Shown here: positions 50,385 through 58,105 of the stretch, piece after piece | How the letters are laid out: each line of letters begins with the position of its first letter | Position numbering within the stretch: position 1 is the stretch's first letter | DNA from: Dehalococcoidia bacterium | GTDB lineage: Bacteria > Chloroflexota > Dehalococcoidia > SM23-28-2 > RBG-16-64-32 | Direction of reading: 5' to 3' | Assembly: GCA_030649945.1 (NCBI GenBank) | Contig: JAUSFE010000104.1 | Coordinates: 6,004-70,003 of the forward strand | DNA: 64,000 bases | Made by a program: the position numbers and the translations under genes | Notes under the pieces: generated by a model | Told to the model about the DNA's origin: nothing | What the model saw: only the letters and a program-made list of their open reading frames with translations | Database searches by the model: none

Positions 50385-51977
50385 ATGCCCGACGCGACCT
50401 ACGACGCCATCATCATCGGGGCCGGCCATAACGGCATGGCCCTGGGCGCTTACCTGGCCAAGGGCGGCTGGGACGTCGCCATCTTCGAGAAACGAGCCGA
50501 GGAGGGCGGCGGCCTCTGCACAGAGGAGCTGACCCGCCCCGGCTTCCTGCACAACCTCCACTGCAACTACCACACGCTGGTGGGCGTCTGCCCCGTCTAC
50601 GACCACCTGGAGCTGGCAGACAAGCACGGCCTGCGTTACGTGCGGCCCCCCGTGCAGATGGCCTCCATCTTCAGCGATGGCACCGCCCTCACCGTGCACA
50701 CCGACCTGGAGAAGACGTGCGCCTCCATCGCCCGCTTCTCGCCGAAGGACGCAGACACCTTCCGCCGCCTGTACCAGGAGACGAAGGGCTACCTGGACAT
50801 GATCCTCCTCACCCTCATGTACACCCCGCCGATCTCCATGCGCGACATCACCAAGGCCCTGGTGTCGTGGGGCATCGAGGAGAAGAGCGAGTTCCTGAGC
50901 GTCCACCTGCGGCGCCTGAGCATCAACGAGTTCCTGGACCAGCACTTCGAGAACGAGCGGGTGAAGGCGCACCTGGCTTTTCACGCCTCGGTGGCCGGCT
51001 ACTCTACGGATCGCAAAGGGCTGGCGGTATCTCTCCCGCTGCTCATCGGCAAGATCGATAACTGGCACCTCTGCATCGGCGGCTCGCACGCGCTGGCCCA
51101 CGCCATCTGGGAATCCTTCGCCCAGGCGGGGGGCCGCGTTTTCCTGAACCACGGTGTGGACCAGATCCTGGTGGAAGACGGGAAGGCGGCAGGCGTCAGG
51201 CTGCAGGACGGCAGCGTCGCGCGCGCCCGCCACCTGGTGGCCAGCTCCATCAGCCTGGAGCAGACCTTCCTGCAGATGCTAGACCCCAAACTGCTGGCCG
51301 CAGAGTTCGTGAAGGAAGTGCAGGGCTTCCCGCATATGGACTGGTCCTTCTTTAGCGTGCACCTGGCCCTGGCGCGCAAGCCGGACTACAAGGCCGCGCA
51401 GTTCGATCCGGACGTGAACGACGCCTGGGTCATCAACCTGGGCTACGAATCCCCGGAGGACATCAACCGCCACTGGCGGGACGTGCGCGCCGGCAAGCTG
51501 CCGGACCCGCGGCCCAACGTCGCCGTCAACTCACTCTTCGACCCCACCGATGCGCCAGACGGCTCTTACACCGGCCTGATCCGGCACTTCGCCCCGTTCA
51601 GCCTGGCGACGGGCGGCCCCGAGGCCTGGGACGAGATGGCGGAAGGTTACGGCCGGCGCTGCATAGAGAAGTGGCAGGAGGCGGCCCCGAACCTGAACAA
51701 CGGCGCCATCCTGGACTGGGCCACGTACACCCCGCTCGACATCTCCCGCCGCATGCCCAACATGGTCCGCGGCGACTGGATGGGCGGCCTGATAGACCTG
51801 GACAACATGCTGGACCAGCGCCCCTTCCCGGCGCTCTCCCAGTACAAGAGCCCTATCGACAAGCTCTACATGTGCGGCGCCACCCAGCATCCGCACGGCT
51901 TCGTCACCTTCGCGCCCGCCTTCAACGCCCTCCAGGTCATCGCGGACGACTACGGGCTTGAGCGCTGGTGGAGGTGA
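50385..51977 (+). CDS. Phytoene-dehydrogenase-like (COG1233) FAD oxidoreductase A
   Basis: IIGAGHNG Rossmann motif, GGGLCTEE, LYMCGA. Confidence 0.9.
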   Translation: MPDATYDAIIIGAGHNGMALGAYLAKGGWDVAIFEKRAEEGGGLCTEELTRPGFLHNLHCNYHTLVGVCPVYDHLELADKHGLRYVRPPVQMASIFSDGTALTVHTDLEKTCASIARFSPKDADTFRRLYQETKGYLDMILLTLMYTPPISMRDITKALVSWGIEEKSEFLSVHLRRLSINEFLDQHFENERVKAHLAFHASVAGYSTDRKGLAVSLPLLIGKIDNWHLCIGGSHALAHAIWESFAQAGGRVFLNHGVDQILVEDGKAAGVRLQDGSVARARHLVASSISLEQTFLQMLDPKLLAAEFVKEVQGFPHMDWSFFSVHLALARKPDYKAAQFDPDVNDAWVINLGYESPEDINRHWRDVRAGKLPDPRPNVAVNSLFDPTDAPDGSYTGLIRHFAPFSLATGGPEAWDEMAEGYGRRCIEKWQEAAPNLNNGAILDWATYTPLDISRRMPNMVRGDWMGGLIDLDNMLDQRPFPALSQYKSPIDKLYMCGATQHPHGFVTFAPAFNALQVIADDYGLERWWR

Positions 51978-51983
51978 GGCTGG

Positions 51984-52481
51984 TTGGCGGCCCCGGCCGT
52001 GCGGGTGAGGCTGGCCGATGGCGCCCGCAGCGGCCTGGCCAGCATGGTGCAGCAGTTCCTCGAGCAGGACCTGACGGACTTCGAGGGCAAGCGCCGGCGG
52101 GCCTCGCGCCTGCGGGGCAAGCTGGCGATGACGGCCGTGGACCACGAGGTTACCGTCACCCTGGAGTTCGCCGGCGACCAGATCAGCATCTGGGACGGCG
52201 AGCGCGCGCCGCTGGACGCCTCTATCGCCGGCCCCTACCGCTCGCTGGTCGGCCTGCTGCAGGGAGAATCGCACCCGCTCGTCGAGCACCTGCGCGGGCG
52301 GCTGCGCGTGCGCTCCAGCCTGCGCAAGCCTTTTTTCCCGCTGCGGGTGCACGGCCTGATGAAGCTGCCACCGGTAGAGCGCGAGGCCAGGGCGCGCCCG
52401 CTCTGGGCCTACGCAGCGGCGGCCGGCCTGGCGGCCGCAGCAATCTCGGGAGCGGTCGCGGCCGCTCTCCTGCTCACTTGA
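51984..52481 (+). CDS. SCP2-like protein with C-terminal membrane anchor
   Basis: SCP2-like D..I.G..LL.G..P...GRLRV pattern and a hydrophobic C-tail. Confidence 0.6.
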   Translation: MAAPAVRVRLADGARSGLASMVQQFLEQDLTDFEGKRRRASRLRGKLAMTAVDHEVTVTLEFAGDQISIWDGERAPLDASIAGPYRSLVGLLQGESHPLVEHLRGRLRVRSSLRKPFFPLRVHGLMKLPPVEREARARPLWAYAAAAGLAAAAISGAVAAALLLT

Positions 52482-52493
52482 GGGAGGTCTGAC

Positions 52494-54098
52494 ATGCCGG
52501 ACGCCACATACGATGCGATAGTGATCGGCGGGGGCCACAACGGCCTCTGCACCGCCGCCTACCTGGCCCGCGCCGGCCTCAAGGTGGGCGTCTTCGAGCG
52601 CCGCCACGAGGAGGGCGGCGGCGCTCACACGGAAGAGGCCACGGTGCCGGGCTTCTGGCACAACCTCCATGCCCAGTACATGGAGTTCATCGATTACATG
52701 CCCTTCTACCACGACTTTGAGCTGCCCAAGTTCGGCGCCCGCATGATCAAGCCGGAGGCCCAGGTGGGCATCGCCTTCGCGGACGGCCGGCCGCCGCTGG
52801 TCATCTACACGCCGGAGTTCGAAGACCGGACGTACAAGAGCATCGCGCAGTTCTCCAAGCACGACGCGGAGGTCTTCACGGAGGTCCGGCGCAAGGTGCT
52901 GGCGAAGGACCAGTACCTCGCCGCCATGCTCTATACCCCGCCGCCCGACGAGTCCAGAAGCGAGACGGCCGGGGCGATCGCCGGCAAGCTGTTCGAGCTG
53001 TGGATGGAGCTGGGCTTCAAGCCGGGCGAGCTGCAGAAGTCGCCCAAAGTGCTGATCGACGACCTCTTCGAGTCCACGGAGATGCGGGCGGTCATGTACC
53101 GGCAGTGCATCGAGTGGGGGTCCAACCTTCACTCCGGCAACGGCGTGGGCTTCATCATCTCCGTCATCTGGCTCTGCGGCATCCACTACATGGCGGTCGG
53201 CGGCACCCATACCCTCGCCCACGCCATGGCCAGCGCCGCCCTGCATGAGGGCGTGGACCTGCGCTACAACGCCCCCGTGACCCAGATTCTGACCACCAAT
53301 AACCACACCACCGGCGTGCGCCTGAAGGACGGCCGGGTCATCGAAGCGAAGATCGTCGCCTCCAACGCGGACCCGCGGACGACGTTCATGGACATGATCG
53401 GCTGGGACAAGCTCTCGCTCTTCCGCAAGGAGCGCCTGGCCAACTGGCGCTTCGGCCCGGAGCACGTCCTGGGCACGCCTTCCTTCGCCTTGCACGAGCC
53501 GCCGGACTACAAGTCCGCAAAGCGCGACCCGGCCATCAACAAATGCTTCTACACGATCGTCGGCTTTGAGAACGCCCAGGAGGTCAACAACTACATAGAG
53601 CAGGCGTACGGCAGCCGCGTGCCGGAGACGCCCGGCGCCGGCACCTGGGTGAACACGCTGTGGGACCCCAGCCAGGCGCCGCCCGGCAAGCATGCCATGA
53701 ACGGCTGGTTCTTCTTCCCCAAGGCCTCCTCGCTGACGCCGGCCGAGTGGGACGACGTGCGCTCCACCTACAACAGCCGCTTCCTGAGCCTCTGGGCCCG
53801 GTACGCGCCCAATATGACCCGCGAGAACGTCATCGCCGAGAAGCTGTACGTCCCCTTCGACATCGAGAAGAAGATTGGCATGCCGGAGGGTGACTTTTCG
53901 CACGGGCGGCCCGGCTCCATGGTGCTGGGGGTCCCGCGCGCCTACAGCTACCGGACGGAGATCGAAGGCCTGTACATGTGCGGGGCCTCCGCGGGCGGCG
54001 GCGGCCTGAGCGCCGCGCCGGGCTACAACGCCTTCAAGGTCATCGCCGACGACAACGGCCTGGCGAAGGTCTGGCAGCGGGAGGACCGCATCTATTAG
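52494..54098 (+). CDS. Phytoene-dehydrogenase-like (COG1233) FAD oxidoreductase B
   Basis: VIGGGHNG, GGGAHTEE, LYMCGA..GGG..APGYNA. Confidence 0.9.
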   Translation: MPDATYDAIVIGGGHNGLCTAAYLARAGLKVGVFERRHEEGGGAHTEEATVPGFWHNLHAQYMEFIDYMPFYHDFELPKFGARMIKPEAQVGIAFADGRPPLVIYTPEFEDRTYKSIAQFSKHDAEVFTEVRRKVLAKDQYLAAMLYTPPPDESRSETAGAIAGKLFELWMELGFKPGELQKSPKVLIDDLFESTEMRAVMYRQCIEWGSNLHSGNGVGFIISVIWLCGIHYMAVGGTHTLAHAMASAALHEGVDLRYNAPVTQILTTNNHTTGVRLKDGRVIEAKIVASNADPRTTFMDMIGWDKLSLFRKERLANWRFGPEHVLGTPSFALHEPPDYKSAKRDPAINKCFYTIVGFENAQEVNNYIEQAYGSRVPETPGAGTWVNTLWDPSQAPPGKHAMNGWFFFPKASSLTPAEWDDVRSTYNSRFLSLWARYAPNMTRENVIAEKLYVPFDIEKKIGMPEGDFSHGRPGSMVLGVPRAYSYRTEIEGLYMCGASAGGGGLSAAPGYNAFKVIADDNGLAKVWQREDRIY

Positions 54099-54161
54099 TG
54101 CACCGTTTCCAAGTCACCTTGACTGTACCCCGCTGTACTTTGAGCGCGGTGCCATCCCGTC

Positions 54162-54235
54162 TGTCATCCCGAGCACGACGGCATCTGCCACGCGGCTCTG
54201 CGCAGCTTCGCGAGGGATCTGGGGTGGGGCAGACC
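54162..54235. repeat. REP-like dispersed repeat
   Basis: Shares both ends with 174..249. Confidence 0.7.
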
Positions 54236-54350
54236 TGCGAGCGAGGGACGATGGCGCGCCCAAACCCCTCGTGTACCGTCCCTCACTTCAAGGGTGCGCC
54301 GTGGCAAGGCTGTTCTTGAGACACTACACCAGGAGGTAAAGGGGAGTCTA

Positions 54351-54803
54351 ATGGCTGCAATCTATACAACGCAGTGGTACGAGGAGCTGAAAGAGCTCCT
54401 GAACGGCAACCCGGAGGTGGAGAGGAATGCCCCCAGGGGCAAGTACAGGGTGCTGGCGGAGATACTGGGGGACGGCTCTTCGCCCTACTTGAAGGAGGGC
54501 GAGCAGCGGTTCTTCACGGTGGACCTCACCGATGGCCGCTGCACGGAGTACCAGGAGGTGACGGAGGCGCCGCCGCGCAAGGCCTTCGACTTCATCTTCG
54601 AGGTCCCTGCCTCCATCTTCGAAGGCATCGCGGCCGGGCTGGTGGACCCCGTCAACGCCGGGCTCAAGGGGACGATCAAGATCACCGGGGACATGCGCAT
54701 CCTGATCCGGCACGCCGACCTCGTGAACGTCCTCTACGATATCTACGCCAGGGAAGTGGACACCAGCTGGCCCAGCGGCAGGCCGCCCTACGGCCAAAAC
54801 TAG
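54351..54803 (+). CDS. SCP2 sterol-binding domain protein
   Basis: DFIF.....F..I..G.VDPV.A...G.IKITGDM. Confidence 0.75.
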   Translation: MAAIYTTQWYEELKELLNGNPEVERNAPRGKYRVLAEILGDGSSPYLKEGEQRFFTVDLTDGRCTEYQEVTEAPPRKAFDFIFEVPASIFEGIAAGLVDPVNAGLKGTIKITGDMRILIRHADLVNVLYDIYAREVDTSWPSGRPPYGQN

Positions 54804-54824
54804 CGGCGAATAACCAGCGCCGCC

Positions 54825-55250
54825 TCAGCCGGCGGCCGGCCAGCTCTCGGCCACCAGCTCGTCGAGCTGCGTCTCCGCCTGTTCCTTGGCGATGCAGGTG
54901 TAGCCCCAGCGCTTGCGCACGGCCTCCCGGTAATCGTCGGAGTACTCGCTCAGGAGGACGATCACGTGCAGCCTGGGAAAGGCATCTGCCAGGCGGCGCA
55001 GACGCGCGGCGCTCTGGTTGACTACGAGGTCGAAATCCAGCAGGGCGATATCCGGGTCGGTCCTGCGGGCCAGCCTCACGGCCTCCGTCAGCGTGGCCGC
55101 CTCACCCATGATGTTGCAGTGGGCGTGGTGGCTCAGCACGCGGCGCAGGGTCTCCCGGTAATGCGCGTTCCTGTCGGCAATCAGCACGCGGACCGGGGCG
55201 CACCCTCCGCGCGCCGATGGCGAAGGTCCGGATTTCCTCTGAATACTCAC
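54825..55250 (-). CDS. Stand-alone response-regulator receiver domain
   Basis: RVLIAD, PDIALLD, IAK; start uncertain. Confidence 0.8.
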   Translation of the reverse strand: MSIQRKSGPSPSARGGCAPVRVLIADRNAHYRETLRRVLSHHAHCNIMGEAATLTEAVRLARRTDPDIALLDFDLVVNQSAARLRRLADAFPRLHVIVLLSEYSDDYREAVRKRWGYTCIAKEQAETQLDELVAESWPAAG

Positions 55251-55276
55251 GGCTGATCAACCCCAAGCATCGGGCC

Positions 55277-55334
55277 GCAGGGGTCTCCCTGTCTGTCGGG
55301 CAATGGTAGACTTCCCTGTAAGGCAGCCCCTATC
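55277..55334. promoter_or_regulatory. Candidate operator motifs between receiver and kinase genes
   Basis: GTCTGTCGGG half-site, GCAGGGGTCTCCCTGTC, GTAAGGCAGCCCCTATC; TATAAT at about 55377. Confidence 0.5.
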
Positions 55335-55399
55335 TGCGGTAGGGCGTCGCCCCACCGGCCTCCACCACCGCGATGCTATAATCAGGCTGCCAGCAAGAA

Positions 55400-56557
55400 G
55401 TGGAACTTAATGTGGTAGTGAACGCAGAGAAGATGTGGGAGCCCGCGGTCCGGGCGGTGGACCTTGGCCAGACCCTACAGGCGCTCGCACACGGAGAGCG
55501 ACTGAAGATAGTGCGCTTCCTCCTTAACCGCGAGGCCACCGCCGGGGAGATAGCGGACGCCCTGGCGATCGGCGCCGGGCAGGCCCGTCGCCAGCTGCGC
55601 GCCCTCACCGCGGCCGGCCTGGTGGATTCCTATCCCAGCGCTGAGGGCGAGCGCTTCAAGCTGGACCAGCAGGCGGTAGCGCTGGTCAGTGCCTCCGTGG
55701 TCCGCCTGCTGACGCCTCCGCCCGGCGGCGCCAGACGCCCGGTCCTGGCCGGCAGCGACGGCGCCGACGTGTTCACCATTCGCGTTCCCGATGCGCCTGA
55801 CGCCTGCCTTTCCTGCCAGAACTCCCCTTTCGTGGCGAAGGTCCTGGACGACCTCGACACCGTGCTGCGCGAGGCGCGCGCCTACCACTCCCGCCTGCTC
55901 CAGCTCTCCTCGCAGGTGCTGACCGCCCACGAGGCGGAACGCAAGCGCATCGCCCGCGAGCTGCACGACGATACGGCCCAGTCCCTTACCTCTATCCTCG
56001 TCCGCCTGCGGCTGCTGGAGCGCTCTCTGAAGAGCAGCGAATCGCGGCGCAAGGTGGAGGAGCTGCACGACCTGACCGGCACGGCGCTCGATTCCGTGCG
56101 GCGGATGGCGGTGGACCTGCGCCCCACGGCCCTCGACGACCTGGGCCTGGAAGCTGCCCTCCGCTCCTACATCGAGAATTTCTGCTCCAGTTGGCCGGTG
56201 CAGGTGCGTTTCTCCACGACCAACATCCGGCGCCGGCTGCCCCCGGACGTCGAGCTGGTGCTCTACCGCGTGGCGCAGGAGGCCCTGTCCAACATCGCCA
56301 AACACTCCTCTGCCAGCTCGGCTGAGGTCTCCCTGGGCAGGCGCAACAACATTGTGACCCTGACGATCAGAGATGACGGACGCGGCTTTGACCCGGCCAA
56401 CCTGACGCCGTCGTCCGGCGGCGGGCTCGGCCTCTTCGGCATGCGCGAGCGCATGAGCCTGGTCGGCGGATCGCTGGAGATCGATTCGGCGCCGGACAGC
56501 GGCGCCCGGATTACGGGCCGCGTCTCTTTACGCGGGCGGGCCGGGGCTGCAAGATAG
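55400..56557 (+). CDS. Soluble HisKA_3 histidine kinase with N-terminal ArsR-type HTH
   Basis: ALAHGERLKIV..L..AGLV HTH, CLSC, ERKRIARELHD, QEALSNIAKH, DDGRGF, GLGLFGM. Confidence 0.88.
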   Translation: MELNVVVNAEKMWEPAVRAVDLGQTLQALAHGERLKIVRFLLNREATAGEIADALAIGAGQARRQLRALTAAGLVDSYPSAEGERFKLDQQAVALVSASVVRLLTPPPGGARRPVLAGSDGADVFTIRVPDAPDACLSCQNSPFVAKVLDDLDTVLREARAYHSRLLQLSSQVLTAHEAERKRIARELHDDTAQSLTSILVRLRLLERSLKSSESRRKVEELHDLTGTALDSVRRMAVDLRPTALDDLGLEAALRSYIENFCSSWPVQVRFSTTNIRRRLPPDVELVLYRVAQEALSNIAKHSSASSAEVSLGRRNNIVTLTIRDDGRGFDPANLTPSSGGGLGLFGMRERMSLVGGSLEIDSAPDSGARITGRVSLRGRAGAAR

Positions 56558-56563
56558 GTCGCG

Positions 56564-57220
56564 ATGGAAAGTAAGATCCGCATCCTCCTGGCAGATGACC
56601 ACGCCATCCTGCGCTCCGGCTTGAAGGCTCTGCTGAACATGGAGCCGGACCTGAAGGTGGTGGGCGAGGCGTCCAATGGCCGCGAGGCGGTGGACATGGG
56701 GCGGACCCTGAAGCCGGACGTCATCGTCATGGACATCTCCATGCCGGAGATGGACGGCCTCAAGGCGGCGCAGGAGATGCACAACACCGGCCTCGCCTCC
56801 AAGATCGTCATGCTCACCGTCCACGCCGACGAGGACTACCTTTTTCAAACCCTCAGGTTCGGCGCCTCCGGCTACGTCCTCAAGAGCTCCGCCGACACCG
56901 AACTGATAGACGCCATCCGCACCGCGCACCGCGGAGAGGTCTTCCTCTACCCCTCGGCGGTCAAGAAGCTCCTCGGTGAGTACCTGAAGGGCGGCAGCGA
57001 GGGCCGGGAGGAGCGCGACGTCCTCACCAGCCGCGAGCGCGAGGTGCTGAAGCTGACGGCGGAGGGCTTCACGAACAACGAGATCGCCGAGCAACTGGTG
57101 ATCAGCCCCAAGACGGTGGACACTTACCGCCAGCGCATCATGGAGAAGCTGAACCTGCACCACCGCTCAGAGCTCGTCCGCTACGCGCTGCGCAAGGGCC
57201 TCCTGGTTCCCCAGGAGTAA
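56564..57220 (+). CDS. NarL/LuxR-family response regulator
   Basis: ADDH, MDISMP, LTSREREVL, SPKTVDTYR. Confidence 0.96.
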   Translation: MESKIRILLADDHAILRSGLKALLNMEPDLKVVGEASNGREAVDMGRTLKPDVIVMDISMPEMDGLKAAQEMHNTGLASKIVMLTVHADEDYLFQTLRFGASGYVLKSSADTELIDAIRTAHRGEVFLYPSAVKKLLGEYLKGGSEGREERDVLTSREREVLKLTAEGFTNNEIAEQLVISPKTVDTYRQRIMEKLNLHHRSELVRYALRKGLLVPQE

Positions 57221-57233
57221 CCCCACATCCACT

Positions 57234-57276
57234 GTCGGGTAAATTCCGACCGTAAGTCCCGCTCCGCCTGACAGAC
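57234..57276. promoter_or_regulatory. Candidate operator upstream of mobB
   Basis: GTCGGGTAAATTCCGAC plus CCTGACAGAC. Confidence 0.6.
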
Positions 57277-57354
57277 GCCGCCCCGTCCCGCTGCCTAATG
57301 TGGTGCCAGACAGGGGCGAGGCCGCCACGGCTGCCCGCTCAGAAAGGGACGCGG

Positions 57355-57870
57355 ATGGTACCGGTCATCAGCTTTGTAGGGAACTCCGGCGTGGGCAAGA
57401 CCACTTTCCTGGAGAAGCTTGTCCCCGTGCTCAAGGCGCGCGGCTACCGCGTTGCTGCCATCAAGCACGATGTCCACAACTTCACGGTGGACTACCCCGG
57501 CAAGGACTCGTGGCGCCTGACCCAGGCCGGCAGCGATGTCGTTATCCTGTCCTCCCCCAGCCGGCTCGCCCTCATGGAAGACGTGCGGGATGAGCGTACC
57601 CTGGAGCAGTTGGCGGAGATGGTCTCGGACCGCGCCGACATCGTCGTCACAGAAGGTTACCGTGGCGCTTCCGCGCTTAAGGTCGAGGTGTCGCGCCGGG
57701 CCCACAGCACGGTGCTCACGGCGCGCCTGGATGACCTGATGGCCATCGTCACCGACCATCCCTTCGACCTCAACACACCTCAGTTCGACCTCGACGATGC
57801 CCCGGCCGTGGCCGATTTCCTGGAGCAGCGCTTCGCCCTCAAGCCGCGGCGGCAGCTCTCCTGCAAGTGA
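57355..57870 (+). CDS. mobB: Molybdopterin-guanine dinucleotide biosynthesis protein B
   Basis: VGNSGVGKTT, IKHDVH, PGKDSWR, EGY. Confidence 0.93.
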   Translation: MVPVISFVGNSGVGKTTFLEKLVPVLKARGYRVAAIKHDVHNFTVDYPGKDSWRLTQAGSDVVILSSPSRLALMEDVRDERTLEQLAEMVSDRADIVVTEGYRGASALKVEVSRRAHSTVLTARLDDLMAIVTDHPFDLNTPQFDLDDAPAVADFLEQRFALKPRRQLSCK

Positions 57871-57954
57871 GCGCTGCGGCGCCCGGCCGGGAATCCCGCC
57901 CCGGCGCCGGGCCACTACGCAAACGAGCATCGCCTGACAGGGTTGGGGGTGAGG

Positions 57955-57998
57955 GTGGGGGAAAACCCGACAGACAAATCCGTGCCTGCCTGACTGAC
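57955..57998. promoter_or_regulatory. Candidate operator upstream of alpha 3
   Basis: GTGGGGGAAAACCCGACAGAC and CCTGACTGAC. Confidence 0.6.
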
Positions 57999-58105
57999 CG
58001 CCTCCCTCGCGCTGCGGATACTCGTAGGGAGCGCCCCGCCAGACCGGGCGGGCAGCTCAGAAGAAGTGCGATCACACGCAACCCAGACAACGCCGGGAGG
58101 TACAC

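Noticed and set aside
51531..53903. Long antisense ORFs (also 176..1951, 4058..5914, 16027..17796, 41469..43067)
   Set aside because: Shadow ORFs of high-GC coding strands with no recognisable motifs
50385..54098. Carotenoid biosynthesis (crtI/crtO)
   Set aside because: No crtB/crtE/crtY in the window, and the context is catabolic
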